A DNA stretch of 32,000 bases from Wolbachia endosymbiont of Drosophila innubila (GTDB taxonomy: Bacteria > Pseudomonadota > Alphaproteobacteria > Rickettsiales > Anaplasmataceae), in NCBI RefSeq assembly GCF_021378375.1, contig NZ_CP076228.1, forward strand, positions 1,230,001-1,262,000. Direction: 5' to 3'. Below are positions 1 to 10,435 of the stretch, one piece after another (within the stretch, counting starts at the first letter, position 1; each line of letters starts with the position of its first letter). The notes under the pieces were generated by a model, which was not told where the DNA came from, did not search any database, and was given only the letters and a program-made list of their open reading frames with translations. Both the position numbers and the translations under genes were made by a program.

Positions 1-1
1 G

Positions 2-838
2 GCTAATGAAGTTGATCAATACATAGAGAAGCATAATATAGATCTTGGTATTTTAAGAAAACAAATAAAATGTCAGTTACTGTGGAGCAAAATTATTGAA
101 GTAAGAATTGTGCCATTTATTAATATAAGCGATAAAGAAGTAGATGATGTAAAAAGGCAAACAGAAAAGCCGGATTATCTTATCACGTTCCAAGAGTTTA
201 TAATTCCTGATCAAAAAGACAAGGACGTTTATGGTATAGCTGAAGATTTAGTAAAAAAATTACGCAACAGTGATAACCCAGAATCTCCAATAAAGATGCG
301 TAAAGCAACAGTTAATTTAAGTCAGCTAAAAGGAAAACTCAAGAGCGTTTTAGAAGGATTAGAAACCAGCGACATAGCAGGTCCATTCAGTTTCAGTGAA
401 GGTTACTCCGTTATAAAAGTAATAGATAAAGTACAACTTAATCATGCACTGCTGGAAAGCACTTTAAAATTAAAACAGATTGTGGTTGAAGGTTCAGAAA
501 GTTTATTAGATAATCTCAAGGAGCAAAAGGTCAGTTGTTTAAATTTTGATAAATTGGCAGATAATTTTAAGCTGCCAAACGCAAAAGAATTTGAAATAAA
601 AATGCGAGATTTAAATCCTGATTTACAGATTTTATTTAGTAAAACAAGTGTGAATGAAATAGTAGAATTGAGAGAAAATGGCACTGCAAAGTTGATGATG
701 TTGTGTGATATCAAGAGTAATGTAGCGGGTATAGAAGCAATCAAACAGAAAATGTACCAACAAAAGATTATGATACAAAGCAACTTGTTATTAGATGATA
801 TGCGTAAAAATGCAGCTATCAGTTATCGGTATAGTTGA
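2..838 (+). CDS. SurA/parvulin-like peptidyl-prolyl cis-trans isomerase, 5' end outside window
   Basis: Reading frame is open from base 2 (ANEVDQYIEKHNIDLGILRKQIK...) through the listed 110..838 ORF. Contains a parvulin-like segment (LKSVLEGLETSDIAGPFSFSEGYSVIKVIDK). Confidence 0.75.
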   Translation, partial: ANEVDQYIEKHNIDLGILRKQIKCQLLWSKIIEVRIVPFINISDKEVDDVKRQTEKPDYLITFQEFIIPDQKDKDVYGIAEDLVKKLRNSDNPESPIKMRKATVNLSQLKGKLKSVLEGLETSDIAGPFSFSEGYSVIKVIDKVQLNHALLESTLKLKQIVVEGSESLLDNLKEQKVSCLNFDKLADNFKLPNAKEFEIKMRDLNPDLQILFSKTSVNEIVELRENGTAKLMMLCDIKSNVAGIEAIKQKMYQQKIMIQSNLLLDDMRKNAAISYRYS

Positions 839-935
839 AGTCAGAGAGTGTTCTTGTCTTTGTGTATAGAACTATATAAATTACTTTGTTCTATAAAATT
901 TCAAAAAATTTGAACAAATGCAGTTAAAATAGCAC

Positions 936-1556
936 ATGAAGAATATAATGCTAATTGGTGGTGGAGTTGGAAATGCAGTGTTATTTTCGATAGGGAAGGC
1001 ATGTCTTGAAAATAATAACAAGGTTTTGTACTTTGCTGGCTATAAGAAGTTAAGTGATGTATTTAAACGAGCACTGATAGAGCGTGCATCAAATGCAGTA
1101 ATTTGGGCATGTGAAGAAGGATTGATAGAAACAAGCAGAGATCAAGATAAATCCTTTCATGGTAATATAGTTGATGCAATAGTCTCTTATCAACAAGGAA
1201 GATTAGGTATTAATTTGAACGTTATAGATAAAATTATCACTATTGGTTCTGACAAAATGATGAAAGCTGTGAATGAAGCTAGAAAAACAATTTTAAAGCC
1301 ATATCTGAAATCAGGCCACATAGCGATATCATCAGTTAATTCTCCTATGCAGTGTATGATGAAAGAAATCTGCGCTCAGTGTGTGCAGCAACATATAAAT
1401 GCGAAAACAGGAGAAAGGAGTTTTGTTTATAGTTGCAGTAATCAAGACCAGGATATGGGGTGTGTTGATTTTGACTTTTTAAGTGAGCGCTTGAAGCAAA
1501 ATAGTTTACAAGAAAAACTTACTGCAAAATGGATAGATCATGTTCAAAGATATTAA
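936..1556 (+). CDS. NAD-binding / Fe-S C-terminal domain of a PyrK/GltD-like oxidoreductase, possibly a fragment of a longer gene
   Basis: Begins at a Rossmann-like segment (MLIGGGVGNAVLFSIGKACLENNNKVLYFAGYKK) and has a PyrK-like cysteine cluster (CMMKEICAQC...C...GC). No FAD-binding domain upstream. Confidence 0.6.
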   Translation: MKNIMLIGGGVGNAVLFSIGKACLENNNKVLYFAGYKKLSDVFKRALIERASNAVIWACEEGLIETSRDQDKSFHGNIVDAIVSYQQGRLGINLNVIDKIITIGSDKMMKAVNEARKTILKPYLKSGHIAISSVNSPMQCMMKEICAQCVQQHINAKTGERSFVYSCSNQDQDMGCVDFDFLSERLKQNSLQEKLTAKWIDHVQRY

Positions 1557-2091
1557 ACAGCACAAAAAGGAAATAAGAGAGCAATATAGAGCTATAAGAA
1601 AAGATATTGATGAAAGTTATTCCAGTTATGCGGCAAATTCCCTTATTAATCTCTTTAATCAGAACTTAAGCTACGTTAAAGGCAAAACAATAGCAGCTTA
1701 CATTCCAATGGATGAGGAAATAGATGTTGTGCCTTTGATGCATAGTTTACTCGATTTAGATTATAAAGTAGCAATTCCTAATAAAAATAAGTTACTAAAA
1801 TTTGAGGAATGGAACAAAACAAATGAAGACGTAATTCCCGACACAATCATTACTCCTGTTATTGCTTTTGATGATCATTTTAATAGATTGGGTTTTGGCG
1901 GTGGTTGGTATGATACAATGATAGAAAAACTGCGGCCACTTGGAAAAATATTTATAGGTGTAGCCTATGAGAAACAATATTGTAAAGATTTACCTGTAGA
2001 AAAACATGATCAAAAATTGGATATTATAATCACTGAGATGTGTGTTAGATGTGGAAGTGGATTGCTCAAAAAAGTGGATAAAAAAGAATAG
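1540..2091 (+). CDS. 5-formyltetrahydrofolate cyclo-ligase family protein
   Basis: N-terminal KKEIREQYRAIRKDI and signature RLGFGGGWYDTMIEKL; overlaps the upstream ORF by 17 nt. Confidence 0.85.
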   Translation: MFKDIKQHKKEIREQYRAIRKDIDESYSSYAANSLINLFNQNLSYVKGKTIAAYIPMDEEIDVVPLMHSLLDLDYKVAIPNKNKLLKFEEWNKTNEDVIPDTIITPVIAFDDHFNRLGFGGGWYDTMIEKLRPLGKIFIGVAYEKQYCKDLPVEKHDQKLDIIITEMCVRCGSGLLKKVDKKE

Positions 2092-2127
2092 ATCTCTACC
2101 TTTTCCATTCCCTCCCTCTCCAAGCCA

Positions 2128-3162
2128 TCAGAGGGTTTTGGTTTCTCCTGTACTCGCTTGTTCAGAACTTGGACTATCTAATTGAGGAACTGGTGACTTC
2201 ATTTGGTTAACTTTATCATTAACCATTTTTTCTACCTCCTCTATTTTACCCTCACCAATGGCCATAATTTTAGATTGAAATTTCTCCATAAGTTCCTCAA
2301 GTGCTTCCTTATCACTTTCATAAGTACTAGTACCTTTTTCTCTAAGCTTTTTCATGTCATCTTCTGAAAAATTTTGAATAGTTCCATTCTTTACTAACTC
2401 TTGTATAGCAGATCGCTGCCCTTCATTTTGAAGCATGCCTATGACCTTTGCTTTACTCTAGGCGTTTTTTATTTTTTCACCTTCTTCGGACATATTATAG
2501 CCTATAATCTCTTGAGCCAAACTGTTGTATAATTTACTAAAGTTATCTTTTTTTGGCCCAACCTCAGGCAATTTATCCCCTAAATTTTTAGATAAACTTT
2601 TCACTGCTTTTCCTGCATCAATCGCACCTTCTTTTATTTTTTCCCCTGCCTTTACTATACCTATTCCTGCATAACGTGCTCCAATACCTACAAGTGCTAT
2701 TAATGTAGCAAGCACAATAAGTGGAGAAAATGCTGCTCCTAATACCATTACGGCAGAAGCTATTCCAATTTTTTTATTTGCAGATGCTGATTTAAAATAA
2801 TTGACTAGATTGTCCAGTGGACCTTTATTATTATTTATAACATTACTTATTGCTTGCTGATTAACAGATTTTAACGCCTCTTCTATTATTTTTGAGTCAA
2901 CATTTTCAGAAGTTAAACCTTCAAGCGCTTCTTCAATGAATTTTATAAATAATTCTTTGTTGACCTCCTTTTGCAAGCCTTGGTCATTAATCGCTAAACC
3001 TAAATCTTTGAGGTTCATCCCTTTAACTTGTTCTGATAGGGTTGTAAATAACTCTTTTTTCCCCTCTTGTGAGGATTGTGCAATACTTTCTATTATATCT
3101 GAAATAGCTTTTCTTAGTTCTGGATAGTCAGTGTCAAAAAACATACTATTGCTAGATTCCAT
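2128..3162 (-). pseudogene. Hypothetical protein with central hydrophobic segments, split by an in-frame TAG
   Basis: ORFs 2458..3162 (234 aa) and 2128..2436 (102 aa) are in the same frame, separated by a TAG at 2458-2460 and 7 sense codons (SKAKVIG). Confidence 0.6.
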
Positions 3163-3280
3163 ATTCAGCTTCGTTGATTATAAATATGCCTAATTATACA
3201 TACTAATCATTAATTATATTATAATTGATATAACACACCCCTTTCCAAATATAGAATTTGTATTAAAATATCTAGATTAT

Positions 3281-3994
3281 ATGAAATCAAGGTACTTTAT
3301 GGGTGAAAAAAAATTAAAAGCTGCTGTGGTCTTATCAGGGTGTGGTCACCTTGACGGTGCAGAGGTAAGAGAAGCGGTTTTAAGTTTGCTTGTGCTTGAT
3401 CAGCAGGAAGTGGATGTTAAATGCTTTGCACCTGATATCAATATCACACAAGTTATGAATCATAGAACAAAAGAAAAAAGGAATGTACTTGTGGAAGCAG
3501 CAAGAATCGCAAGAGGCGAAATATATGACTTAAAAGAAGCCAAAGCTGAAAATTTTGACATGCTAGTTGTACCTGGTGGATACGGGGTTGCGAAAAATTT
3601 ATCTGACTTAGCTGAAAGTAAAGACATGGTGACAGTAATGCCTGAATTTGAAAGATTAGTTTCAGAATTTTTTGTTACAAAAAAGCCAATAGGAGCGATA
3701 TGCATATCTCCAGCCATCATTGTTTCAATTTTAAGTAGCAAGATAGGTAAAGAAGAAAGTAAGGTTAAGGTAACTATAGGAGATGACAGAGAACAGTTGA
3801 TAGAAAGGCTTGGCGGCGAGCACATAAAATGCGATACAGAGTTATCAATAGAAGACGAAGAACATAATGTATTTTCCTGTTCTGCTTATATGCGTAGCGA
3901 CGAAAGTACATACTCTGTATATCAAGGGATAAAGCATATGATTGACAGCATGGTAAAAAAGATTAAAAAAAAAACTAAACAGCCATTCCTATAA
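3281..3994 (+). CDS. elbB: ElbB-like isoprenoid biosynthesis glyoxalase (DJ-1/PfpI superfamily)
   Basis: Motifs AVVLSGCGHLDGAEVREAVLSLLVLDQ, CFAPDINITQVMNH, LVVPGGYGVAKNLSDLA and KPIGAICISPAI. Confidence 0.85.
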   Translation: MKSRYFMGEKKLKAAVVLSGCGHLDGAEVREAVLSLLVLDQQEVDVKCFAPDINITQVMNHRTKEKRNVLVEAARIARGEIYDLKEAKAENFDMLVVPGGYGVAKNLSDLAESKDMVTVMPEFERLVSEFFVTKKPIGAICISPAIIVSILSSKIGKEESKVKVTIGDDREQLIERLGGEHIKCDTELSIEDEEHNVFSCSAYMRSDESTYSVYQGIKHMIDSMVKKIKKKTKQPFL

Positions 3995-4169
3995 GGTGTA
4001 CTAAATAAGACTTCTCTATTAATCACACAATTAACTGTTGAATTTTACATTTCTAGCTGTATTATGGCTACGTAGCTAAAGTAACTTAGGTTTATCGACG
4101 CTTTACTACTTGTTAGCGGTGTGGTGTAGTGGCCATATATGTTTAGTTCTTTTTTTTAAGGTATTTTGT

Positions 4170-4478
4170 ATGTCAGATCTTTTCTATATTGAAACTACGT
4201 GTTGTGTGGACGGTCAGTGTGATGTCTATACAGGGGAAGTGAGTTTTAATGATGTCATGTTAGGCAAGTTCAGTCTAAATTCGTGCAGCGGGAAAGAAGC
4301 TATGATAAATCTAGACATTATTACATTCGATATTAATATCGCTATTGATGGTCAAAATGGAAAGACAATAAAAAAAGACCTTAAAGGTCTTGAATTTGTA
4401 ACTAAAGATGATGGTTCTTGGTATATTAATAAGGATTTTGGTGATGATAAATTTGAAGTTGTAGTAAAGCAATCATAA
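4170..4478 (+). CDS. Hypothetical small protein (~102 aa)
   Basis: Internal ATG at 4170 preceded by an AAGG-like RBS is preferred over the 4110 start. Product MSDLFYIETTCCVDGQCDVYTGEVSFNDVMLGKF... Confidence 0.5.
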   Translation: MSDLFYIETTCCVDGQCDVYTGEVSFNDVMLGKFSLNSCSGKEAMINLDIITFDINIAIDGQNGKTIKKDLKGLEFVTKDDGSWYINKDFGDDKFEVVVKQS

Positions 4479-4480
4479 TT

Positions 4481-6028
4481 TTACATCTCAGGTGTAACAT
4501 TTAGTATAGGCGCTATTCTATTTATAATGTTCTTTACTATAGGCGCAGCAATTATTCCCCCGGTATGGTGCATCCCTTGAGGCTCATCAATAGCAATTAG
4601 CACTATGTACCTTGGGTCAAGCATAGTTAGCACTCCTATAAATGATGCTATGTTTGCATCTTTGCTATATTTACCATCTACAACTTTTTCCGCCGATCCA
4701 GTTTTTCCTCCTATTGAATATGCCTTTATTTTTGCTTTTCTGCCAGTGCCATCTGTTACTGCTGCACGTAATAATTTTCTCATTTCCCTGGAAGTTCTTC
4801 TTGAGATAATTTGCTCTCCTATACTTCTTTTATTCAATATCAAGGTTGCGTTATGAAATATCCCATTGTTGATTAATGCTGCTGCAGTTTGTGCAAGATG
4901 TATAGGAGTTACAGCTATGCCATAACCATAAGATGCTGTTATTAAAGTGGTTTCACTCCATTTATCCGGGATTATCGGTGTGGATTTTTCTGGTATTTCT
5001 ATTTTCAAAGGAGAAAATAGCTTCATAGCTTTAAAGTATTCTACCTGTTTTTCAATACCTAGTTTGACTGCAATTTTTGCTGCACCAATGTTGGATGATT
5101 TTACAAATATATCTTGCACAGTAATTTTTGGAATTTTAGATTTATGAAAATCCTGAATTTTATACTTTCCGATGGTGATTGGTGTTGATACGTCATATAA
5201 ATCGCTAGTTTTTGTAGCGTTCGCATCAAGCGCTGCGGCTATTGTAAAGTATTTTAATACCGACCCCATCTCATATACCCCAAGACTGGCGCGATTAAAC
5301 TTTTGTACGTCTTCTGCCTTATTCTGTAAGTTGGGATTAAAATCAGGTAGGCTGACCATCGAGATAACTTCACTATTTCTCACATTTAAAACAATTCCTA
5401 CTCCGCCAAGTGCCTGATATCTGCTTACAGCTTTAGTTAGCTCTTCATGCACTATGCTTTGCACTCGTGTATCTAAGGATAGTATTATGGGCTTTTCTTG
5501 CTCATTGTTTTTACTTATATACGCCTCAACTCCTGCAATACCATTGCCATCTATGTCAGTGTAACCAAGCACGTGTGAAAATAAATTACTGTGAGGATAT
5601 ATACGCTTTATGTCGTCATCAAAATTTACTCCTGGTACACCAGCGTTTTTGATCGCTAGTAATTCTTTTGGAGTCAAGTGCCGCTTTATCCAAGCAAATT
5701 TCTTTTCTGAAGTAAGTACTCTATATAAGTTCTTGTATTCGAGGTCATGCAAAGTAGAACACAGTTGTGCTGCTATACTTTCCGGATTCTTTACTTTGGT
5801 TGCATCTATATATAGTGATGTTGTGGGCACATTTGTTGCTATTACCACTCCATTTCTATCTAAAATATCAGGTTGTTTATGTACTATATTATCTTTTCTA
5901 AAATTTTCTGAAGTAGTAAGTTGATCAAATGTTAAAGAGAATATGCGAAAAATAATTATTATATAAAATATAAATAATGGTACTATAAAACACAGTGAGC
6001 GGAGCTTATTTTTAAGTAATGCTTGCAT
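4481..6028 (-). CDS. ftsI: Peptidoglycan D,D-transpeptidase FtsI / class B penicillin-binding protein
   Basis: N-terminal TM, transpeptidase motifs SVLK (SxxK), SSN (SxN) and KTGS. ATG at 6028 preferred over the upstream TTG at 6046. Confidence 0.88.
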   Translation of the reverse strand: MQALLKNKLRSLCFIVPLFIFYIIIIFRIFSLTFDQLTTSENFRKDNIVHKQPDILDRNGVVIATNVPTTSLYIDATKVKNPESIAAQLCSTLHDLEYKNLYRVLTSEKKFAWIKRHLTPKELLAIKNAGVPGVNFDDDIKRIYPHSNLFSHVLGYTDIDGNGIAGVEAYISKNNEQEKPIILSLDTRVQSIVHEELTKAVSRYQALGGVGIVLNVRNSEVISMVSLPDFNPNLQNKAEDVQKFNRASLGVYEMGSVLKYFTIAAALDANATKTSDLYDVSTPITIGKYKIQDFHKSKIPKITVQDIFVKSSNIGAAKIAVKLGIEKQVEYFKAMKLFSPLKIEIPEKSTPIIPDKWSETTLITASYGYGIAVTPIHLAQTAAALINNGIFHNATLILNKRSIGEQIISRRTSREMRKLLRAAVTDGTGRKAKIKAYSIGGKTGSAEKVVDGKYSKDANIASFIGVLTMLDPRYIVLIAIDEPQGMHHTGGIIAAPIVKNIINRIAPILNVTPEM

Positions 6029-6048
6029 ATTTACTTGATTTGACAAAA

Positions 6049-6978
6049 ATGGAAATCATCTTAGCTGAACCACGAGGTTTTTGTGCCGGGGTAAAAAGAG
6101 CTGTGGACATATTAGCTATTACTTTAGAAAAATACAAAAACGAGCGCCAAGTTTATGTGCTACACGAAATTGTTCACAATAAATATATAGTAGAGGACTT
6201 TAAGAAACAAGGAGTGGTTTTTGTAAGCAGTATCGAGGAAATTGAAGATAATGAAGGAATACTGATCTTCAGCGCGCACGGAGTATCAAAAAATATAGAA
6301 GATGAGGCAAAAAGAAAGGGTATTCAAGTGATTGATGCAACATGTCCTTTAGTCAACAAAGTGCATAAAGAAGCAAAAAGGTATGAAAACAGTGGTAAAG
6401 AATTAATTCTCATTGGGCATGAAAACCATCCAGAAGTTAAGGGAATTAGGGGAAGAGTAAACAATCCTGTCACTTTAGTGCAAACTTTGCAGGATGTATA
6501 TGATTTAAAGGTTAAAGATCCAGATAATTTGTCTTATGTTACACAAACTACGTTAAGCATCGACGATACCCGTGACATTATTGCTGCCTTGAAATTAAGG
6601 TTTCCAGGCATAACAGGTCCAGATTTAAAGGACATATGCTATGCAACGCAAAACAGACAAAATGCTGTTAAAAAGCTAGCTGAAATTGTAGACATGGTAT
6701 TAGTTGTAGGAAGTAAAAATAGCTCAAATTCAAACCGCTTATTAGATCTGTGCACTGCCAGAGGAAAAAGAGCCTACTTGATTGATAATTACAGCTGTGT
6801 GAATAAAAGCTGGTTTCAGGGCGTAGAAAAGATAGGAATCACCGCAGGTGCTTCCGCTCCTGACATATTAGTTGATGAATTAATAGACTACCTAAAAGTA
6901 AACCTGAGTGTAAAAATTTCAGTTATGCCAGGTGGTATTACTGAAAATGTTCAGTTTAAAATACCGAATCTGGTTTAA
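6049..6978 (+). CDS. ispH: 4-hydroxy-3-methylbut-2-enyl diphosphate reductase
   Basis: [56 protein letters not shown] and SSNSNRL signatures. Internal ATG at 6049 matches the usual LytB start better than 6019. Confidence 0.95.
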   Translation: MEIILAEPRGFCAGVKRAVDILAITLEKYKNERQVYVLHEIVHNKYIVEDFKKQGVVFVSSIEEIEDNEGILIFSAHGVSKNIEDEAKRKGIQVIDATCPLVNKVHKEAKRYENSGKELILIGHENHPEVKGIRGRVNNPVTLVQTLQDVYDLKVKDPDNLSYVTQTTLSIDDTRDIIAALKLRFPGITGPDLKDICYATQNRQNAVKKLAEIVDMVLVVGSKNSSNSNRLLDLCTARGKRAYLIDNYSCVNKSWFQGVEKIGITAGASAPDILVDELIDYLKVNLSVKISVMPGGITENVQFKIPNLV

Positions 6979-7099
6979 AACACAACTTATCTACTAAACT
7001 TCTCTTGAAATCACACAAACCAGCATCTATAGCTAAGACGTCATACCGCGATTCATTAGACTTCTTGCATAACCATATAACAAACTTTTATTGGGAATA

Positions 7100-7570
7100 G
7101 AAACGAAAAAACTTGCTTGACAAACTCCGCTAGCCCCCTTATCATGAAACTGAAGCTATTGTATTTGCTTTCGCCAATCTGCAGATTAAAAGGTAAGGAT
7201 TACTTAATGTATCGGCGTCTTATGTTCAATTTTTTGCAGTATATAGATACTGTATGTCTTTACAAAACTTCATCTACATCTAGATTTTTATCTAAATAAG
7301 CTGAACGCGCTTATAAAGCGTTACAAGACATCAAAAAATGCCAATACTCGACAGAGATAGTAAAAGACTAGCTAACTCGGGGATTCTTTGTCTTTTTTTC
7401 TGCTTAGTAAATTTCTTAAACATTTGCAGCGTAGGTTAGTTGCAATTAAAAGCGGCTGAATCTCGCTTGTCAAGCGTTTAAAACATAAAAAACGCCAATA
7501 TTTTAAAGCGGATAATAACCACGGGGCTTCTTTTGCCTTTTTTTTCATTTGGTAAATTTCTTAATATTTA
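7100..7570 (+). repeat. Left arm of a large inverted repeat
   Basis: gaaacgaaaaaacttgcttgacaaactccgctagcccccttatcatgaaactgaagctatt... is the reverse complement, with divergence, of the sequence ending at 8347. A third copy starts near 20874. Confidence 0.85.
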
Positions 7571-7583
7571 TGGCTAAACGACA

Positions 7584-7645
7584 ACCGTCATCCCGCTGCT
7601 TGTTAGCGGCTGAGATACCGCGAATGAATCGCGGTATGACGGTTC
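7584..7645. repeat. Short palindromic repeat (gtcatcccgctgcttgttagcggctgagataccgcgaatgaatcgcggtatgac)
   Basis: Contains the dyad ataccgcg-aatgaat-cgcggtat. Near-identical copy at about 21320-21385 and related sequence at 14485-14560. Confidence 0.85.
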
Positions 7646-7675
7646 GCAGAGGCATGACGATAAGGTTTATACCTT

Positions 7676-7840
7676 GTCATCCCAGTGCCCAAACGCTGGG
7701 ATCCAGTTTTCTTTACAAATTCACCAAAAGTGTTTCATTCTATAACATAAAACCCATACTCACCAAATCCAATGCATTACTTGCAATTAAGTTTCCTGGA
7801 TCCCAGTGTCTGGGCACTGGGATAACAAAGGAGGACGTTA
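7676..7840. repeat. Palindromic repeat of the 'gtcatcccagtgc...gctgggatccag' family, two opposed half-copies
   Basis: gtcatcccagtgcccaaacgctgggatccag and, in opposite sense, ctggatcccagtgtctgggcactgggataac. Related copies near 21425, 24600-24700 and inside carB at 26463-26543. Confidence 0.75.
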
Positions 7841-7892
7841 TTCCAGTGCCAAGCACTGACCATTTCTGGTCTCTTAAATTGCAACTAATCTA

Positions 7893-8347
7893 AGTATTAA
7901 AAAATTTACCAAACGAAAAAAAAGGCAAAAAAAGCCCGATGGTTGGCTAGTTACTTACATTATACTTTCAAGTATGGCGTTTTTTTATTCTAAACGCTTA
8001 ATAACCGTGACTCAGCCGCTTTTAAGCCGCAACTAATCTAAATTATAAACGTTAAGAAATTTACTAAACAGAAAAAAAGGCAAAGAAACCCTAGGGTAGC
8101 TAATTATTCACTATCCATTTTTTAAGTTGGCGTTTTTTGATGTTTTAAATAGCGTATTTCAGCTTGTGTAGCTAGAAATTTGATAAAGACATGAGGTGCA
8201 CATAGTGCAAAAAATTAAGCATGATTTACGCCAAATACATTAAGTTTTTTTGTCATTAATCCACTGCAGAGATTGCGAAGATAAATAAATAGCTTCAGTT
8301 TCATGATAAGGGGGCTGGCGAAGGGTGTCAAGGAAGTTTTTCGTTTC
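7893..8347 (-). repeat. Right arm of the large inverted repeat
   Basis: Ends ...aatagcttcagtttcatgataagggggctggcgaagggtgtcaaggaagtttttcgtttc, the reverse complement of the left arm start. Internal modules aaatttaccaaacgaaaaaaaaggc and aaatttactaaacagaaaaaaaggc match the left arm in reverse order. Confidence 0.85.
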
Positions 8348-8489
8348 ATCCAATGCGCTGCCAAAAGTTTGTTATGCAAGAGATCCCATAAATTGGGTGT
8401 CATAATAACTACACCCACATTAATTTTGGTGTACGTGACCTTGAAAGATCGTGATTCAATACTTAAATTATTAGGGTAGTAGGCAAATA

Positions 8490-10397
8490 ATGGAGCTCAA
8501 AATGCATAATGTACAAGAAACTGAAAATTTAAAATTTGACGCTGAGGTAGGGAAAGTACTGAATATAGTGATTCATTCACTTTACACCAATAAAGACATT
8601 TTTCTGCGTGAATTAATATCAAATGCATCAGATGCATGTGATAAGTTGCGCTATGAATCTCAACTAAACCCTAATTTGCTAGATTTGAGTGACGAATTAA
8701 AAATCACTATCAGCTCCAATAAAGATAAGAACGAGCTATATATCACTGATAATGGCATTGGAATGAATAGACAGGATTTAATAGACAATCTTGGTACAAT
8801 TGCAAGCTCTGGTACGCAAAAGTTCTTGGATGCGATTAAGAATAGCAAGGATTCAAGCCAAACTGTGGAGCTGATTGGGAAGTTTGGTGTTGGTTTTTAC
8901 TCAAGCTTTATGGTTGCATCAGAAGTAATAGTAGAATCGAGAAAAGCTGGAGAAGAGGAGTCTTGGATCTGGCAATCCAAAGGAGATGGGGAATATTCAA
9001 TCAGCAAGTCAGATAATCAAGTCCCTCGCGGAACCAAAATTACGCTCATTATGCATCCTGAAGAAAACGAGTTTTTAGATAAATTTCGTGTTGAAAATAT
9101 TGTCACTACTTACTCTGATCACATAAATTTTCCTGTTGAATTTATAGACGAAGAAGGAAAAAGTGAAAAGTTAAACAGTAAGGCTGCAATTTGGACTAAG
9201 CCAAAAAATGACGTTACTCAAGAGGAGCACAACGATTTTTTCCGCAGTGTTGCCCACGTTGGCGGGGAGCCCTGGATGATATTGCATAATAAAAATGAAG
9301 GTGCAATAGAATATACAAATTTGCTTTATGTTCCTTCTATAAAACCTTTTGATTTATTCCATCCAGATAGACGTTGCTCTGTTAAGTTATATGTAAATAA
9401 AGTATTTATCACTGAAGATAATGTACAGATCATACCGCAGTATTTACGTTTCTTGAAAGGTATTGTTGATTCACCGGACTTACCTCTTAATATCAGCAGA
9501 GAAACGTTGCAGAATAATCGTGTTGTTGAGCAAATCAGGAAATCCCTCACTAAACGCGCGATATCAGAGCTCGGTAAAAAGGCAAAAGAGAATTTAGAGG
9601 AGTACACAAAATTCTGGACCAATTTTGGTGCAGTATTAAAAGAGGGTCTTTGTGAAGCTATGCCAACTGATGAGAGAGAAGCGCTGCTCTCGATTTGCAG
9701 ATTTCATAGCACTGGTGATGAGAAATTAGTCAGCATTGATGACTATATAAGCAGAATGAAGCCTGAGCAGGAGCATATCTATTATCTCACTGGAAATAGC
9801 TTGGATTCAGTGAAAAACAGTCCGCAACTTGAGGGATTCGTCAGTAAAGGACTAGAAGTGCTCCTATTTGTTGATCCAGTTGATGACTTTTGGACTAGTG
9901 TAATTCATGAATACAAAGATCAGAAAATCAAGTCTGTAACCCGTGCAGATGTTGATTTGGAAAAATTCTCTTCAGAAGAAGATAAGACAGATGAAGAAAA
10001 TAAATCGAATGAAGAAAAAACTGAGGAAACTATACTGCAATATTTTACCACAGTGCTTGGAGATTCAGTAAAAAGCGTAAAAATTTCCAAAAAATTGACT
10101 GATAGTCCCGTATGCCTAGCGGTTGATGAAGGTGCTATGGATCTTCGCATGGAGCGTTTTTTGCGTGAACAAAAGCAGCTAAATTACCGCACGCCAAAGG
10201 TGCTTGAAATTAATACTAAGCATCCTGTAATAAAGAGTATAATGAAATCTTATGCTGAAAGTGGTGAAAATCCAACATTGGAAGACATGATTCATTTATT
10301 ATTTTACCAAGCTTGCATCGTGGAAGGTGAAGAGATGGATGATGTAAGTCTGTTTGCTAAGAGATTGAATAATTTGCTTGGCAAGATTTCTGTTTAA
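8490..10397 (+). CDS. htpG: Molecular chaperone HtpG (Hsp90)
   Basis: [89 protein letters not shown]. Confidence 0.97.
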   Translation: MELKMHNVQETENLKFDAEVGKVLNIVIHSLYTNKDIFLRELISNASDACDKLRYESQLNPNLLDLSDELKITISSNKDKNELYITDNGIGMNRQDLIDNLGTIASSGTQKFLDAIKNSKDSSQTVELIGKFGVGFYSSFMVASEVIVESRKAGEEESWIWQSKGDGEYSISKSDNQVPRGTKITLIMHPEENEFLDKFRVENIVTTYSDHINFPVEFIDEEGKSEKLNSKAAIWTKPKNDVTQEEHNDFFRSVAHVGGEPWMILHNKNEGAIEYTNLLYVPSIKPFDLFHPDRRCSVKLYVNKVFITEDNVQIIPQYLRFLKGIVDSPDLPLNISRETLQNNRVVEQIRKSLTKRAISELGKKAKENLEEYTKFWTNFGAVLKEGLCEAMPTDEREALLSICRFHSTGDEKLVSIDDYISRMKPEQEHIYYLTGNSLDSVKNSPQLEGFVSKGLEVLLFVDPVDDFWTSVIHEYKDQKIKSVTRADVDLEKFSSEEDKTDEENKSNEEKTEETILQYFTTVLGDSVKSVKISKKLTDSPVCLAVDEGAMDLRMERFLREQKQLNYRTPKVLEINTKHPVIKSIMKSYAESGENPTLEDMIHLLFYQACIVEGEEMDDVSLFAKRLNNLLGKISV

Positions 10398-10435
10398 TGC
10401 TATACTTAGCTTAGCTGCTAGTTAGGAGGTAAAAC

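Noticed and set aside
4000-4125. Possible tRNA or small RNA gene between elbB and the 102-aa hypothetical
   Set aside because: gtagctaaagtaacttaggtttatcgacgctttactacttgttagcgg resembles a degenerate copy of the same repeat family as 14465-14598; no tRNA cloverleaf could be built by eye.
7042-7075. Isolated cgtcataccgcgattcattagac segment that could be read as a CRISPR or tRNA-like element
   Set aside because: Matches one half of the dispersed palindromic repeat family; there is no regular repeat-spacer periodicity or cloverleaf.
7549-7893. 114-aa ORF in the ispH-htpG spacer
   Set aside because: Lies entirely over the palindromic repeats in the spacer of the large inverted repeat; translation (PSSRCLLAAEIPRMNRGMTVRRG) is the repeat read through, not a gene.
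8215-8418. 67-aa minus-strand ORF
   Set aside because: Covers the terminus of the inverted repeat arm; no RBS or recognisable motif.
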